Below, piece after piece: positions 9,468-20,030 of a stretch of 64,000 bases of DNA. The notes beneath the pieces were generated by a model. The model was not told the DNA's origin and searched no databases. It saw only the letters and a list, made by a program, of their open reading frames with translations. This DNA is from Arenicellales bacterium (GTDB lineage: Bacteria; Pseudomonadota; Gammaproteobacteria; Arenicellales; JAJDZL01): positions 550,149 to 614,148 of the forward strand of contig OX638343.1 of NCBI GenBank assembly GCA_951813075.1, read 5' to 3'. Position numbers and translations under genes: made by a program. Numbering within the stretch: position 1 is the first letter of the stretch; the number at the start of each line of letters is the position of its first letter.

Positions 9468-10921
9468 CAGTCGACGAAGTCCATCGGAATACTCCACAAG
9501 ATTTCAGGACATCGTCCGACTCGTCCAATATAAAGTACCTAAAAACTCCCCCACAACAGATTGACGCCGAGCGTTCCGTGCTTGGCGCGATTTTGATCAG
9601 CGACGACCAATTTGAGAAGATCATCGGACTTCTCTCAAGCGAAGATTTTTATCAAAATCGTCACCGTCTGATATTTGATTCGATGGTCAGCCTTTATAAC
9701 CAGCGCATAAAGATTGACCTCTTGACAATGAAGGACTTTCTAGAGCGTACTGGCGATCTGGAAGAAATTGGCGGAATAATTTATTTGGCCGAAATCGCAG
9801 ATGAAACGCCGCATAGCCTCAACGCGGATGCTTACGCACAAATTGTTCACGATTGTGCTGTTTTGCGACAATTGCTCAAAAGTTCCCAAGACATCCAAAG
9901 AACGGTCTATGAACGAGAAAGCGAATCTGTTGAAGAAATAATGAGCAAAGTACAGCAAATGATTTTCAATCTCGGAAAAAAATATGACAAGAATGCAGCG
10001 TTGCTGCACATCAAAGATGCAGCCTTGGATGCCTTCAAAAGGATTGAGGATCTCTTCAACAATCCCAACAAGAGCAATATCACAGGAATACCATCTGGAT
10101 TCGCCGACTTGGATGATTTGACCGCGGGATTCCAACGGTCCGACCTTGTGATTATTGCAGGCCGACCATCGATGGGCAAGACTGCCCTTGCTATGAATAT
10201 TGCTGAAAACGCTGCTATTCAGGAGAATCTGAATGTTGCGATATTCAGCTTGGAAATGCCGGCGTTACACTTGTCCATGCGTTCATTGTCGTCTTTGAGT
10301 GGTGTCAATGCGGCAGACATTCGCAAAGGGACTCTGGGAGATGGCCGGGATGGTGAGGAGAGTTGGGAACGACTGTCACATGCCCTGAACCTGCTTAACG
10401 AAGCGGAAATTTATATTGATGCCACACCCGGTATTTCTCCTCTGCAAATTTCCGCAATTTCGCGACGTATGTATCAGGAGAAAGGTCTTGATCTCATTAT
10501 TGTGGACTATCTTCAACTATTGCAGATGAAGGACGATCATTCAAACCGTGCAACCGAACTTGCCAACATAACCCGTGAGCTGAAATTTCTTGCGAAAGAA
10601 TTGGAAGTTCCGATCATTGCGCTATCTCAGTTGAATAGAGAAGTTGAATCGAGACCTAACAAACGTCCGATTATGGCGGACCTGAGGGAGTCAGGGGCAA
10701 TAGAACAGGATGCAGACGTCATCATATTTATTTACCGAGACGAAGTATACAAAGTCGATTCAGACGATTATGGGACTGCAGAAATAATCGTCGCGAAACA
10801 CCGAAACGGTGATACCGGCACGATCAAACTGTGTTTCATGAAAGAATGCACGCGATTTGAGAATTTATCAGATTCCAACTTGGCTGATTCTGGCCTGGTA
10901 CATGACATAGCGCATGCCTGA
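9464..10921 (+). CDS. dnaB: replicative DNA helicase DnaB
   Basis: Diagnostic stretches are PPQQIDAERSVLGAIL, the Walker A region IIAGRPSMGKTALAMNIA, IVDYLQLL and LSQLNREVE. Confidence 0.95.
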   Translation: MTVDEVHRNTPQDFRTSSDSSNIKYLKTPPQQIDAERSVLGAILISDDQFEKIIGLLSSEDFYQNRHRLIFDSMVSLYNQRIKIDLLTMKDFLERTGDLEEIGGIIYLAEIADETPHSLNADAYAQIVHDCAVLRQLLKSSQDIQRTVYERESESVEEIMSKVQQMIFNLGKKYDKNAALLHIKDAALDAFKRIEDLFNNPNKSNITGIPSGFADLDDLTAGFQRSDLVIIAGRPSMGKTALAMNIAENAAIQENLNVAIFSLEMPALHLSMRSLSSLSGVNAADIRKGTLGDGRDGEESWERLSHALNLLNEAEIYIDATPGISPLQISAISRRMYQEKGLDLIIVDYLQLLQMKDDHSNRATELANITRELKFLAKELEVPIIALSQLNREVESRPNKRPIMADLRESGAIEQDADVIIFIYRDEVYKVDSDDYGTAEIIVAKHRNGDTGTIKLCFMKECTRFENLSDSNLADSGLVHDIAHA

Positions 10922-10944
10922 TCTATCTTGCGACAAGAATTGCC

Positions 10945-12018
10945 GTGCGCTTATATGGATCCATCCGCTTATCCGCTCTTTGCCATAATCTAACAAGGGT
11001 GAGGGATTTCTCACCTGCCTCAAAAATTATGGGTGTAGTCAAGTCTAACGGCTACGGTCATGGGCTAGTGCGTGTTGCAGAAACCCTTCAATCCGGTGTC
11101 GATGCGTTTGCAGTCGCAACGGTCGATGAAGCGGTTGAACTAAGAGATTCCAATATCGAAAAGCCGATCTGTGTTCTATCCGGATTTTGTGAGCCAAATC
11201 ACGTTTCGGTTGTTCAGGCCAGGAAAATTGATTGTGTGATCTATTGTGAAGAACAGATCGAGCTCCTAAGTGGCATTCGTTCCGGTGACAAGATTGCAAT
11301 TTGGATCAAAGTCGACACAGGTATGCATCGATTGGGATTTCCAAGTCAGAAACTGTCGAATGTTCTTGAAACTGTTGCAGCTATGCCATTTCTTGAACTA
11401 AAGGGAATCATCTCTCACTTCGCGAGCGCCGACGAAGTGGATTCCGATTTCACATCAGTACAAATCAGTCGATTCAAGAATTGCACAGAAGGAATTGACA
11501 CGGATCGCAGCATTGCAAATTCGGCGGGCATTGTAAGTTGGAAGGGTAGTCATTTCGACTGGGTTCGGCCCGGAATTATGCTCTATGGAGCTTCTCCGGT
11601 TGTCGGAATGACCGCCGAGGATCTGCACCTGCAGCCGGTTATGGAATTGTATTCGACGATTCTTTCTGTAAAACAACTCCGGATTGGCGATACTGTCGGC
11701 TACGGGCAGACATGGACATGCACCGAACATAGCCGTGTCGGAATTATTGGTTGTGGTTATGGAGACGGTTATATGCGCAGCGCATCTTCCAAATCGCAGG
11801 TACTGATTGATGGGACCAGGGCAGATGTTATCGGCAGGGTGTCCATGGACATGCTGGCCGTCAATTTGAATCAGCACCAATGTGCTGGCGTTGGTTCCAG
11901 CGTAAAACTGTTTGGTGAAGGGTTACCCGTTGAAGAATTGGCAGACGCTGTCGGAACAATTTCATATGAGATTCTCACGTCTTTTAATTCCCGTACAGTC
12001 TTGTTCAGGGAACAATGA
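10945..12018 (+). CDS. alr: alanine racemase
   Basis: It contains VVKSNGYGHG with the PLP lysine and the C-terminal motif VSMDMLAV. The dnaB-alr order is conserved. The start is a GTG. Confidence 0.9.
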   Translation: MRLYGSIRLSALCHNLTRVRDFSPASKIMGVVKSNGYGHGLVRVAETLQSGVDAFAVATVDEAVELRDSNIEKPICVLSGFCEPNHVSVVQARKIDCVIYCEEQIELLSGIRSGDKIAIWIKVDTGMHRLGFPSQKLSNVLETVAAMPFLELKGIISHFASADEVDSDFTSVQISRFKNCTEGIDTDRSIANSAGIVSWKGSHFDWVRPGIMLYGASPVVGMTAEDLHLQPVMELYSTILSVKQLRIGDTVGYGQTWTCTEHSRVGIIGCGYGDGYMRSASSKSQVLIDGTRADVIGRVSMDMLAVNLNQHQCAGVGSSVKLFGEGLPVEELADAVGTISYEILTSFNSRTVLFREQ

Positions 12019-12042
12019 AGCGTCCAACTGACGGATGCTTCA
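12016..12042 (+). terminator. hairpin immediately after alr (possible terminator between convergent genes)
   Basis: The arms tgaagcgtcc and ggatgcttca form a 10-bp stem with one G-U pair and a 7-nt loop. No clear T-run follows the stem. Confidence 0.35.
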
Positions 12043-12145
12043 TAGAAAGATTCTAGTTATTGGTGTTATTAATTTGTTTTTATTGAGAAATATTATTCAG
12101 CATTGCTAGATATTGGTTCGCGGTAAACTCATATCCGAATTTTTA

Positions 12146-12967
12146 CTAGTCAACTCTGAGCAGTTCGTTCAACCCTGTTTTACTTCTGGTCTTTGCATCC
12201 ACCTGCTTGACGATCACTGCGCAATACAGGCTGTATAAGCCGTTCGCTGATGGTAAATTCCCAGAAACGACAACGGAACCTGGAGGAACATAGCCGTAAG
12301 TCACTTCTCCGGTTTGTCGATTGTAGATTTTTGTGCTCTGGCCAATGTAGACGCCCATCGATATAACCGATCCTTCTCCGATAATTACGCCTTCGACTAT
12401 TTCACTTCGTGCCCCAATGAAACAGTTGTCCTCGATAATCGTCGGCGAAGCCTGCAAAGGCTCCAGCACACCGCCTATGCCGACCCCGCCCGACAGGTGC
12501 ACGTTTTTACCGATCTGCGCGCAGGAACCTACAGTTGCCCAAGTGTCTACCATAGTTCCATCATTCACAAATGCGCCGATATTGACGTAACTGGGCATTA
12601 GGACGACATTACGGCCAATATACGAACCGTATCGAACCGTTGCCGGTGGCACCACTCGATAACCACCGTCGATGAACTGTTGTTCGTCATGACTGAAAAA
12701 TTTTCTTTTGACTTTGTCGTAGTACGTGGCATTTCCATCTCGAACTACCCAATTGTCATACACTCTGAAAGAAAGCAAAACTGCCTTCTTGGCCCATTCG
12801 TTAACCTGCCATTCACCATTTCGTTTTTCAGCGACGCGCAGTTCGCCTGCATCAAGTGCAGCGATGGACCGGTCAACAGCTTGTCGAATTTTATCCGAGC
12901 ACGAATCCGAATTCAGTTTTGCACGATTATCAAAGGCCGCATTGATAATGGATTCCAAGGTAGACAT
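12146..12967 (-). CDS. dapD: 2,3,4,5-tetrahydropyridine-2,6-dicarboxylate N-succinyltransferase
   Basis: The 273-aa ORF contains the hexapeptide-repeat region [37 protein letters not shown]. It sits in the conserved position next to glnD. Confidence 0.94.
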   Translation of the reverse strand: MSTLESIINAAFDNRAKLNSDSCSDKIRQAVDRSIAALDAGELRVAEKRNGEWQVNEWAKKAVLLSFRVYDNWVVRDGNATYYDKVKRKFFSHDEQQFIDGGYRVVPPATVRYGSYIGRNVVLMPSYVNIGAFVNDGTMVDTWATVGSCAQIGKNVHLSGGVGIGGVLEPLQASPTIIEDNCFIGARSEIVEGVIIGEGSVISMGVYIGQSTKIYNRQTGEVTYGYVPPGSVVVSGNLPSANGLYSLYCAVIVKQVDAKTRSKTGLNELLRVD

Positions 12968-13004
12968 AAAAATTTCCTGATAAATTTGTAATGTTCAGAA
13001 ATGA

Positions 13005-15725
13005 CTAATCGAGCACGTGAATTATCTCTTTTTTCAAAGTGTCCTGTATGGCTTCGTCGGAAATCGGAGCACTATCTCGGTCAACAATGAAAAAAACATC
13101 TTCTGCTCGCGCACCAGATGTGGTAATTTTCGCCGATAGTAGTTTTACCTTGTGAAGCAGCAGCGTCCTCACTACCAGATAAAGCAAACCTGGTCGATCC
13201 TGAGCCGAAATCTCCATCACCGTATAGTCTCCGCCGGGAGAGTGCGAAAAATGAATTCGAGTCGGGAACGAAATATGACGTGCGACCTGATCCAGTTTGA
13301 CAGCACTTGGCGAATGTTTGATTTTTTTTTCGATTATGGCCTTCTCAACGGCCAGTTCGAATACTTCCAGATTTGTTTCAGAACTCCGGACTGCTTGATC
13401 TCGTACCATCACCACAAAAGAAAAAGCTGTCAATCCTGAACGCAGAGGGTGCGTTCTCGCTTCCAGTACATTCAGTGAACAATGATCCAATGCACCAGTG
13501 ATCACGGTGAACTGTTCGTCTGAATTGGTGGCAAGAACAAAGATTTGGATAACATCGATCAAAGGGTGATAGCGAAACGCGACAAGTGGCAGATCAATCA
13601 GACTTGTTATTGCGGCGTGTCTTACGTGCCAGGCGATTGTGTCCGCGTCATAACTCAGGAAGTAGTCGTCGTCGAAGTTGTTCCAGAGTCTCGCTGCTCT
13701 GTTTCTCAAAGTTCGATCTCTTCCCAATAGTGCAATGGAATCCGATTTGATTTCTTCGATTTTCGGCTTGACTTCGTCGTGCGGAAGCACATTTGTCAAT
13801 AGTGTTCGGGAAGTCGCAAGATAAAGATGCTCAAGCATTTTACCTTTCCAGTCGTTCCACACTTTCGGTCCGGTCCCGCGCATATCGGCAATTGTTAGCA
13901 GGTAAAGGTAATCCAGGTGCTCCTGGTTGCCGACTGTCACCGCAAATCGGGAAATTACTTCAGGATCATTCAAATCCTCTCTCTGGCTCGTAAAACTCAT
14001 TGTCAGATGCTGTCGAACCAGCCATGCGACAAAGTGTGAGTCGTACTCGTCCATTCCAATCCGCTTGCAGAATCGATAACTTTGCACTTCCCCGAGTTCT
14101 GAGTGGTCGCCGCCTTGGCCTTTTGCGATATCGTGAAACAATCCTGCAATAAATAGTCTTTCAGGCTTGATGATGCGCTTCATTGCATCGGCAGCAAGAG
14201 GCAGAGATCGCGATGTTTCCGGTTGTCCAAGCTCATAGATGTGCCACACCACATTCAAAAGATGCGCATCAACCGTATAGACATGAAACAGGTCATACTG
14301 CAACTGACCCACAATTCGGTTGAAGTCAGGGATCAATCTGCCCAGTAGGCCAGTATCATGCATCAATTCCAAAGTCTGGGGAAGCCGCTGAGGATTGCTG
14401 AATATTGATAACAGAAGAGATTTCACCTGAGCGGAGTTCCGCAACTGCCTGTTTACAAGAAATTTTTTAGAACGCATCATTCTTAATGCTGTAGCTCGAA
14501 TACCGCGAATGTTATTGTTGCACTGAAAACATACACATAACTCTACAAGCATCTCCGGTTTTCTGTCTATCGCCTTGGAATCCGCAAAATCCAGAAAACC
14601 GTCAACCGTCCGAAATTTACTGTTCAGCGAAACAATCTTGTGACACTTGCGGGTGAGTATCGACTCGTCGAAATGCTGCAACAGCATGTGATTGATGTGC
14701 CTTAAAACCTTGACCGTGCGGAAGTAGGGCTTCATCAGCTTTTCAACAGCCTTATTGTTGTCGTCATCCAGAAACCCGAATTTTTCGGCGAGTTTCAACT
14801 GATTGGCGAACAGTAGCCGATCTTCCCGTCGACCCAGTGTAAAGTGAAGTTCATTACGCAGTTTCCAAAGATAATTTCGACCGCGAATCAGTGTCTGATA
14901 TTCATCTTCCTGCAGGAATTCCCGCATCACCAGTTCGTGCAGGCCAAAACCGCCAAAATGGCGCATTGTCACCCATGAAACCGTATGAATATCCCGCAGT
15001 CCGCCCGGGCCGTCCTTGATATTGGGTTCAAGATTGTAGGCAGTATCGGCATATTTATGATGTCTGAGCTGCTGCTCTTTGACTTTTGCCTCGAAAAATT
15101 TTCTTGCTGGCCAGATGTTTGATTCCTGAATCTTCTTTTCAAACTGGCCGAAAAGTGCTTCGGAACCAGCGCAGTATCGCGCCTCGAGCAGGGTTGTCAT
15201 GACTGTCAGGTCCGCGTTTGATTGTTTGATGCAATCATTCATGGTTCTGACACTGTGTCCCACTTCAAATCCGATATCCCAAAGAAACCGGATAAAGGGT
15301 TCAATGACCATGTCGTACTGAGCACTATTCTTACGATCGAGCAGCAGCATGATGTCAATATCCGAGTAGGGATTCAGTTCTGCCCGACCGTAACCGCCGA
15401 CTGCGATCAGACTGATGTGATCGTCGGCATCGCTGCCGTCAAAAAATTCATTCCACACTTTCCGAAGTATGGTGTCGACAGATTGTGTTCGGGTGCTGAC
15501 AATGCGTTGTGCTGAATATCTCTTTTCATGAATTCGTCTGAGCCGGGTGTCGTCCTCGCGCACCTGTTCGCGATACATTTCAACAAGAGACATCGAGTCT
15601 TTTATCGCATTACTCGTTTTCATCAGCTGTCCGTTTGAATCGCTACCGATTGCCTCAATAAGAGCGGAAGAACTCGCTTCAGCTATGGCTGTCCGGTCTT
15701 TGGCGAAACCGTCAGAATCTCGCAA
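13005..15725 (-). CDS. glnD: [protein-PII] uridylyltransferase / uridylyl-removing enzyme
   Basis: It has the nucleotidyltransferase motif GGYGRAELNPYSDIDIMLL, the HD domain motif LFHDIAKG, and two C-terminal ACT-like regions. The start is uncertain: 15725 overlaps map by 43 nt, and an alternative ATG lies at 15623. Confidence 0.92.
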   Translation of the reverse strand: MRDSDGFAKDRTAIAEASSSALIEAIGSDSNGQLMKTSNAIKDSMSLVEMYREQVREDDTRLRRIHEKRYSAQRIVSTRTQSVDTILRKVWNEFFDGSDADDHISLIAVGGYGRAELNPYSDIDIMLLLDRKNSAQYDMVIEPFIRFLWDIGFEVGHSVRTMNDCIKQSNADLTVMTTLLEARYCAGSEALFGQFEKKIQESNIWPARKFFEAKVKEQQLRHHKYADTAYNLEPNIKDGPGGLRDIHTVSWVTMRHFGGFGLHELVMREFLQEDEYQTLIRGRNYLWKLRNELHFTLGRREDRLLFANQLKLAEKFGFLDDDNNKAVEKLMKPYFRTVKVLRHINHMLLQHFDESILTRKCHKIVSLNSKFRTVDGFLDFADSKAIDRKPEMLVELCVCFQCNNNIRGIRATALRMMRSKKFLVNRQLRNSAQVKSLLLSIFSNPQRLPQTLELMHDTGLLGRLIPDFNRIVGQLQYDLFHVYTVDAHLLNVVWHIYELGQPETSRSLPLAADAMKRIIKPERLFIAGLFHDIAKGQGGDHSELGEVQSYRFCKRIGMDEYDSHFVAWLVRQHLTMSFTSQREDLNDPEVISRFAVTVGNQEHLDYLYLLTIADMRGTGPKVWNDWKGKMLEHLYLATSRTLLTNVLPHDEVKPKIEEIKSDSIALLGRDRTLRNRAARLWNNFDDDYFLSYDADTIAWHVRHAAITSLIDLPLVAFRYHPLIDVIQIFVLATNSDEQFTVITGALDHCSLNVLEARTHPLRSGLTAFSFVVMVRDQAVRSSETNLEVFELAVEKAIIEKKIKHSPSAVKLDQVARHISFPTRIHFSHSPGGDYTVMEISAQDRPGLLYLVVRTLLLHKVKLLSAKITTSGARAEDVFFIVDRDSAPISDEAIQDTLKKEIIHVLD

Positions 15726-16456
15726 CCCGTTTCAGTTACAAGAACAGTGTGTTCCCACTGGGCGGATAAACTACCGTCGCTGGTTACCACGGTCCAGCGG
15801 TCCGCTTGCATTCTGGTTTCTTTTTTACCGGAATTAACCATGGGTTCGACAGTGATGGTCATGCCCTCCAACAATTGCATGCCTGTGTTGGGCTTTCCAT
15901 AGTGCAGGACATGAGGTTCTTCATGAAATCCTTTTCCTATACCGTGTCCGCAGTATTCCCGAACCACTGAAAATCCGTGGGATTCCGCATGCTTTTGCAC
16001 CGCGTGACCAAGATCGCCCAGTGTGGAGCCTGCTTTGATGGTCTCAATACCTTTCATCATGCTTTCATGCGTGACTCGGCACAGTCGTTCAGCACGGATC
16101 GAGGTTTTCCCGACTGCGAACATTCGACTGGTATCACCATGGAATCCGTCCTTGATCACAGTGATATCGATATTGATAATGTCACCCGTTTTCAATTTTC
16201 GAGATCCCGGGATGCCATGACAGACAACATTGTTGATTGAAGTGCATATCGATTTCGGAAATCCACGGTAATTCAACGGTGCTGGAACCACTTGCAGCTC
16301 ATCAACGATAAAACGGTGGCAAATTGAGTCCAGTTCCTCGGTGGTTATACCGGCTTGGACATGCGGTTCAATCATATCGAGCACCGATGCGGCAAGCCGA
16401 CCGGCAACTCGCATTTTCTCAATTTCCTCCGGTGTCTTGATGGTGACAGAAGACAT
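15683..16456 (-). CDS. map: type I methionine aminopeptidase
   Basis: Diagnostic stretches are IKTPEEIEKMRVAGRLAA, VCHGIPG, DIINIDITV, and the metal-ligand region YCGHGIG and WEHTVLVT. Confidence 0.95.
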   Translation of the reverse strand: MSSVTIKTPEEIEKMRVAGRLAASVLDMIEPHVQAGITTEELDSICHRFIVDELQVVPAPLNYRGFPKSICTSINNVVCHGIPGSRKLKTGDIINIDITVIKDGFHGDTSRMFAVGKTSIRAERLCRVTHESMMKGIETIKAGSTLGDLGHAVQKHAESHGFSVVREYCGHGIGKGFHEEPHVLHYGKPNTGMQLLEGMTITVEPMVNSGKKETRMQADRWTVVTSDGSLSAQWEHTVLVTETGCEILTVSPKTGQP

Positions 16457-16722
16457 TTTGAAATCAGTGAATAAACAATTGTTCGCGCTTGATCATTTAA
16501 AAAAATTTCGCTCGCAGGAACTGTCGAGAAATAGATCAGCATTCATCCGAATTCCGATAATATCATCTCGATTTGCCAGCCGGGCGAGATTGCAAATTAT
16601 GATACTTAATAGTAAACTATTGCACCTATTTATTCTCACATGGCGTGTTTGGAAACTGTCAGGGTGCCTTCATTGGTGGCAGATTCGAGCCATGGTCGCA
16701 AAACCCAAATGGAGATTCTTAA

Positions 16723-17757
16723 ATGACTGACGTAACCATGCGCCAGCTGCTTGAGCTTGGCGTACATTTCGGACATCAGACCAGATTCTGGTGTCCCAAA
16801 ATGAGCCCTTACATCTACGGGCATCGCAACAAAATCCACATCATCAATCTTGAACGCACGCTGGCGATGTTCAATGAAGCATTGGACTATCTGTCAGGTG
16901 TTGCCGCCAAACGGGGCTCTGTTGTCTTTGTGGGTACCAAACGCCAGGCCAGTAAAATTGTCCGGGAACAGGCGCAAAGGGCGGAAAGTCCTTATGTCTA
17001 CCATCGCTGGCTTGGTGGAATGCTGACGAATCACCGCACTGTCAGAAAGTCGATTGATCGTCTGAATGAACTGAATGAGATCATCGCATCCGACAGCATA
17101 TCAAATTTGGCCAAAAAGGAAGCCTTGAGGATCGAAAGGGAACAGTTCAGACTCGACCGAAACCTTGCCGGAATCATGAATATGCGAGGTCTTCCGGATG
17201 CGTTATTCGTGATTGACGTAAAGCATGAGAAAATTGCTGTGAAAGAAGCGAATAAACTCGCGATCCCAGTCGTCGCTGTGGTAGATACAAACTGCGACCC
17301 GGATGGAGTGGACTACGTAATTCCTGGTAATGACGATGCGGTCAGCGCAATTCGTCTTTATTGCAGTGCAGCTGCTGATGCGATCATTGAAGGTAGAGCG
17401 AAAGCGAAAGCCGAAGCACCTGCGGTCAGTGCAGATGGTAGAGAGTCGATTGTTTCTGCCGAAGATATTTCGTTGTATCAGATTACTGGTGCAAGGGCAG
17501 CCGTCGCGCCATCGATTGAACCGGCAACACCCGACATCGAACAACCTCAGCCCGAAACTAAACGGGCACCAGTGTCGGATAAGACGGAAAAATTTCAGTC
17601 GACTGAAGCGGAAGCACCGATTGCCGAAGACGTTGCGGCGATTGCCGAAGAGGCTCCTGTAGATATTGAAGAGAACTCCGATCCGTCGGTCGAACCTGCC
17701 GATGCAACAGATGCATCGACACCAAAAACTGACGAATCTCAAAACAAGGAATCATGA
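16723..17757 (+). CDS. rpsB: 30S ribosomal protein S2 with ~115-aa acidic Ala/Pro/Glu-rich C-terminal extension
   Basis: The N-terminus reads [22 protein letters not shown], and [21 protein letters not shown] is present. At 344 aa it is longer than a typical S2 of ~240-250 aa. Confidence 0.95.
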   Translation: MTDVTMRQLLELGVHFGHQTRFWCPKMSPYIYGHRNKIHIINLERTLAMFNEALDYLSGVAAKRGSVVFVGTKRQASKIVREQAQRAESPYVYHRWLGGMLTNHRTVRKSIDRLNELNEIIASDSISNLAKKEALRIEREQFRLDRNLAGIMNMRGLPDALFVIDVKHEKIAVKEANKLAIPVVAVVDTNCDPDGVDYVIPGNDDAVSAIRLYCSAAADAIIEGRAKAKAEAPAVSADGRESIVSAEDISLYQITGARAAVAPSIEPATPDIEQPQPETKRAPVSDKTEKFQSTEAEAPIAEDVAAIAEEAPVDIEENSDPSVEPADATDASTPKTDESQNKES

Positions 17758-17845
17758 ACATGAATTTGCCGCATATCGGTTTGGATGCGGAAATTCTGAT
17801 TCATCCGTACACCGCAAACAAATTAGTCTGACGGAGGAAAATAAA

Positions 17846-18688
17846 TTGGAAATCACCGCGGTCATGGTAAAGCAACTGCGGGACCGTACTGGTGCCGGAA
17901 TGATGGATTGCAAGAAAGTTCTGGTCGAATGTGATGGCGATCAAGACAAAGCTGTCGAAGTCTTGAGAAAAAAGGGTGCTGAAGTGGCGGCATCACGCTC
18001 TGGCCGGGCAGCATCAGAAGGTATGATTGTATGCGCAATGTCCGATTCTCGGGACTGTGGTGCGCTGGTCGAAGTCAACTGTGAGACCGACTTTGTCGCA
18101 CGAAGCGACGAATTCCGCACATTCGCCGAGACACTTGCCGGAATTGCACTCGGTATCGCAGAGGATTGCAACGACATCAATATTCTCAATGCGCTCTCAT
18201 ATGACGATTCCGGAAAGACCGTGGAAGATATGCGGCTTGAGGTATTGTCAAAAATTCGTGAGAACATCACTGTCAGCCGTGTTGTCGTGTTCAAAGCGTC
18301 GGAAGGCGCCATTGTTGGCAGTTATGTGCACCGGGAAAGACTCGGAATCATGGTTGAGATTACCGACCGTGCCGGCAGTGAAATTGCTGATGACCTGGCG
18401 GTTCATGTTGCAGTCAAAAAACCACAGTGGCTCGATGTTGATGACATCCCGGCACAGACGATTGTAAAAGAGCGGGACATCTATTTGGAGCAGGCGCGCA
18501 CGTCTGGCAAGCCTGATCATATTCTCGACCGGATTGTCGACGGCAAGATCGGTAAATTCTCGAAAGACAACACACTGGTCAACCAGCCGTACTACGAAGA
18601 CGAGGACAAAACCGTCGGATCGTGGCTGAAAGAATCCAACAGTTCTGCAAAACGTTTTTGTCTGATTAACCTGGGGCTGTCGGAGTAG
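17846..18688 (+). CDS. tsf: translation elongation factor Ts
   Basis: The N-terminus (M)EITAVMVKQLRDRTGAGMMDCKKVL is typical of EF-Ts. The in-frame TTG at 17846 has a GGAGGA motif 8 nt upstream. The ORF-track start at 17666 would overlap the rpsB tail and was rejected. Confidence 0.92.
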   Translation: MEITAVMVKQLRDRTGAGMMDCKKVLVECDGDQDKAVEVLRKKGAEVAASRSGRAASEGMIVCAMSDSRDCGALVEVNCETDFVARSDEFRTFAETLAGIALGIAEDCNDINILNALSYDDSGKTVEDMRLEVLSKIRENITVSRVVVFKASEGAIVGSYVHRERLGIMVEITDRAGSEIADDLAVHVAVKKPQWLDVDDIPAQTIVKERDIYLEQARTSGKPDHILDRIVDGKIGKFSKDNTLVNQPYYEDEDKTVGSWLKESNSSAKRFCLINLGLSE

Positions 18689-18702
18689 CGGGGAAATCAA
18701 CT

Positions 18703-19434
18703 TTGACCGACGACCTTGCATTGGAATCCGACCGGACAATCCTGTTCAAGCTGAGCGGAGAGTTGCTTGGTGATGAGCAGGGGTCGGGAATGGATGCACA
18801 GGCGATCAGTCGGGTTGCCGATGAAATATCGGATGTCGTCAATGCAGGTATCCGAACGGGTATAGTCATTGGTGGTGGCAACTTTTTCCGAGGTGGCAGA
18901 AGTGACGGATTCTTACTGTCAGCGACCAGAGGTCACCAGATGGGAATGCTCTTCACGATTGCAAACGCGATTGCATTGGAGCAGGCGTTACTGAGTAAAG
19001 ACGTCAAGACGGTAGTACAATCCTCTGTTGCAATACCATCGATTGTTGATCAGTTCGACGGTCACTCGTTCATGAAAATATTGGATGAGGGTGGTGCTGT
19101 GATTTTCGCTGGTGGAACCGGCAGCACGCATTTTTCAACCGATACTGCTGCTAGTCTGAGGGCTATACAGATTGGAGCTGATATTCTGTTGAAAGCGACG
19201 CAGGTCGACGGAATTTACAGTTCGGATCCCAAGCAGGAAGCTAGTGCTGAGAAATACGACAAACTGACCTATGATGACGTTCTGGTAAAGAACCTCGCGG
19301 TAATGGATGCAACGGCTGTTGCAATGTGCCGGGAACACAGTTTGCCAATTCGGGTGTTTGATGCCACTGTCAGCGGAGGAATAAGACGGGTAGGACTCGG
19401 GGAAGAGGACGGAACTCTGGTTTCAAAGGAGTAA
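18703..19434 (+). CDS. pyrH: UMP kinase
   Basis: Diagnostic motifs are ILFKLSGELL, VIGGGNFFRG and ATQVDGIYSSDP. Confidence 0.95.
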   Translation: MTDDLALESDRTILFKLSGELLGDEQGSGMDAQAISRVADEISDVVNAGIRTGIVIGGGNFFRGGRSDGFLLSATRGHQMGMLFTIANAIALEQALLSKDVKTVVQSSVAIPSIVDQFDGHSFMKILDEGGAVIFAGGTGSTHFSTDTAASLRAIQIGADILLKATQVDGIYSSDPKQEASAEKYDKLTYDDVLVKNLAVMDATAVAMCREHSLPIRVFDATVSGGIRRVGLGEEDGTLVSKE

Positions 19435-19438
19435 TGCT

Positions 19439-19996
19439 ATGCTGGATGAATTGATTGCAGATGCAGAAATGCGCATGAAAAAATCTTTGGCGAATCTTCA
19501 GAACGAACTTTCAAAATTACGGACCGGACGAGCCAGTACGGCTTTATTGGATCATATACGAGTAGACTACTACGGCACCGCGACACCGCTGAATCAGGTA
19601 TCGACAATTACCGCAAGCGATGCTCGTACGATCAGCATCACTCCTTGGGAAAAATCCATGATACCAGTTATCGAAAAGGCGATAATTGAATCGGATCTGG
19701 GATTAAATCCAATGAGTGCGAGTGAGATAATTCGCGTCCCGATTCCCACATTGACCGAAGAGCGGCGACTGGAGATTTCAAAGGTTGCCCGCGCCGAAGG
19801 TGAATCTTTCAAAGTTGCCATTCGAAATATCCGAAGAAACTGCAATAGTGATTTGAAGGAATGGCAGAAACTGAAAGAAATTACCGAGGATGAAGAAAGA
19901 TCAGGTCAGGATAGAATCCAGAAACTGACAGATCGGTACATTGAGGACATCAGTGCGATCGTCAAGGAGAAAGAAACGGAAATCATGACGGTCTAG
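19439..19996 (+). CDS. frr: ribosome recycling factor
   Basis: It contains LSKLRTGRASTALLDHIRVDYYG and IRNIRR, and is 185 aa long. Confidence 0.95.
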   Translation: MLDELIADAEMRMKKSLANLQNELSKLRTGRASTALLDHIRVDYYGTATPLNQVSTITASDARTISITPWEKSMIPVIEKAIIESDLGLNPMSASEIIRVPIPTLTEERRLEISKVARAEGESFKVAIRNIRRNCNSDLKEWQKLKEITEDEERSGQDRIQKLTDRYIEDISAIVKEKETEIMTV

Positions 19997-20030
19997 TGCC
20001 AATGATGGTAGCGTCACACGAGAAAATCTG

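Noticed and set aside
17666-17845. N-terminal extensions offered by the ORF track for tsf (17666), bamA (24139), lpxB (29479), rnhB (30642), era (51723), dxr (21590), sdhD (43415) and ssb (3106).
   Set aside because: In each case the extension overlaps the upstream gene and has no family similarity. An internal start with the canonical family N-terminus, often with an SD motif or a TGATG/ATGA junction, fits better.
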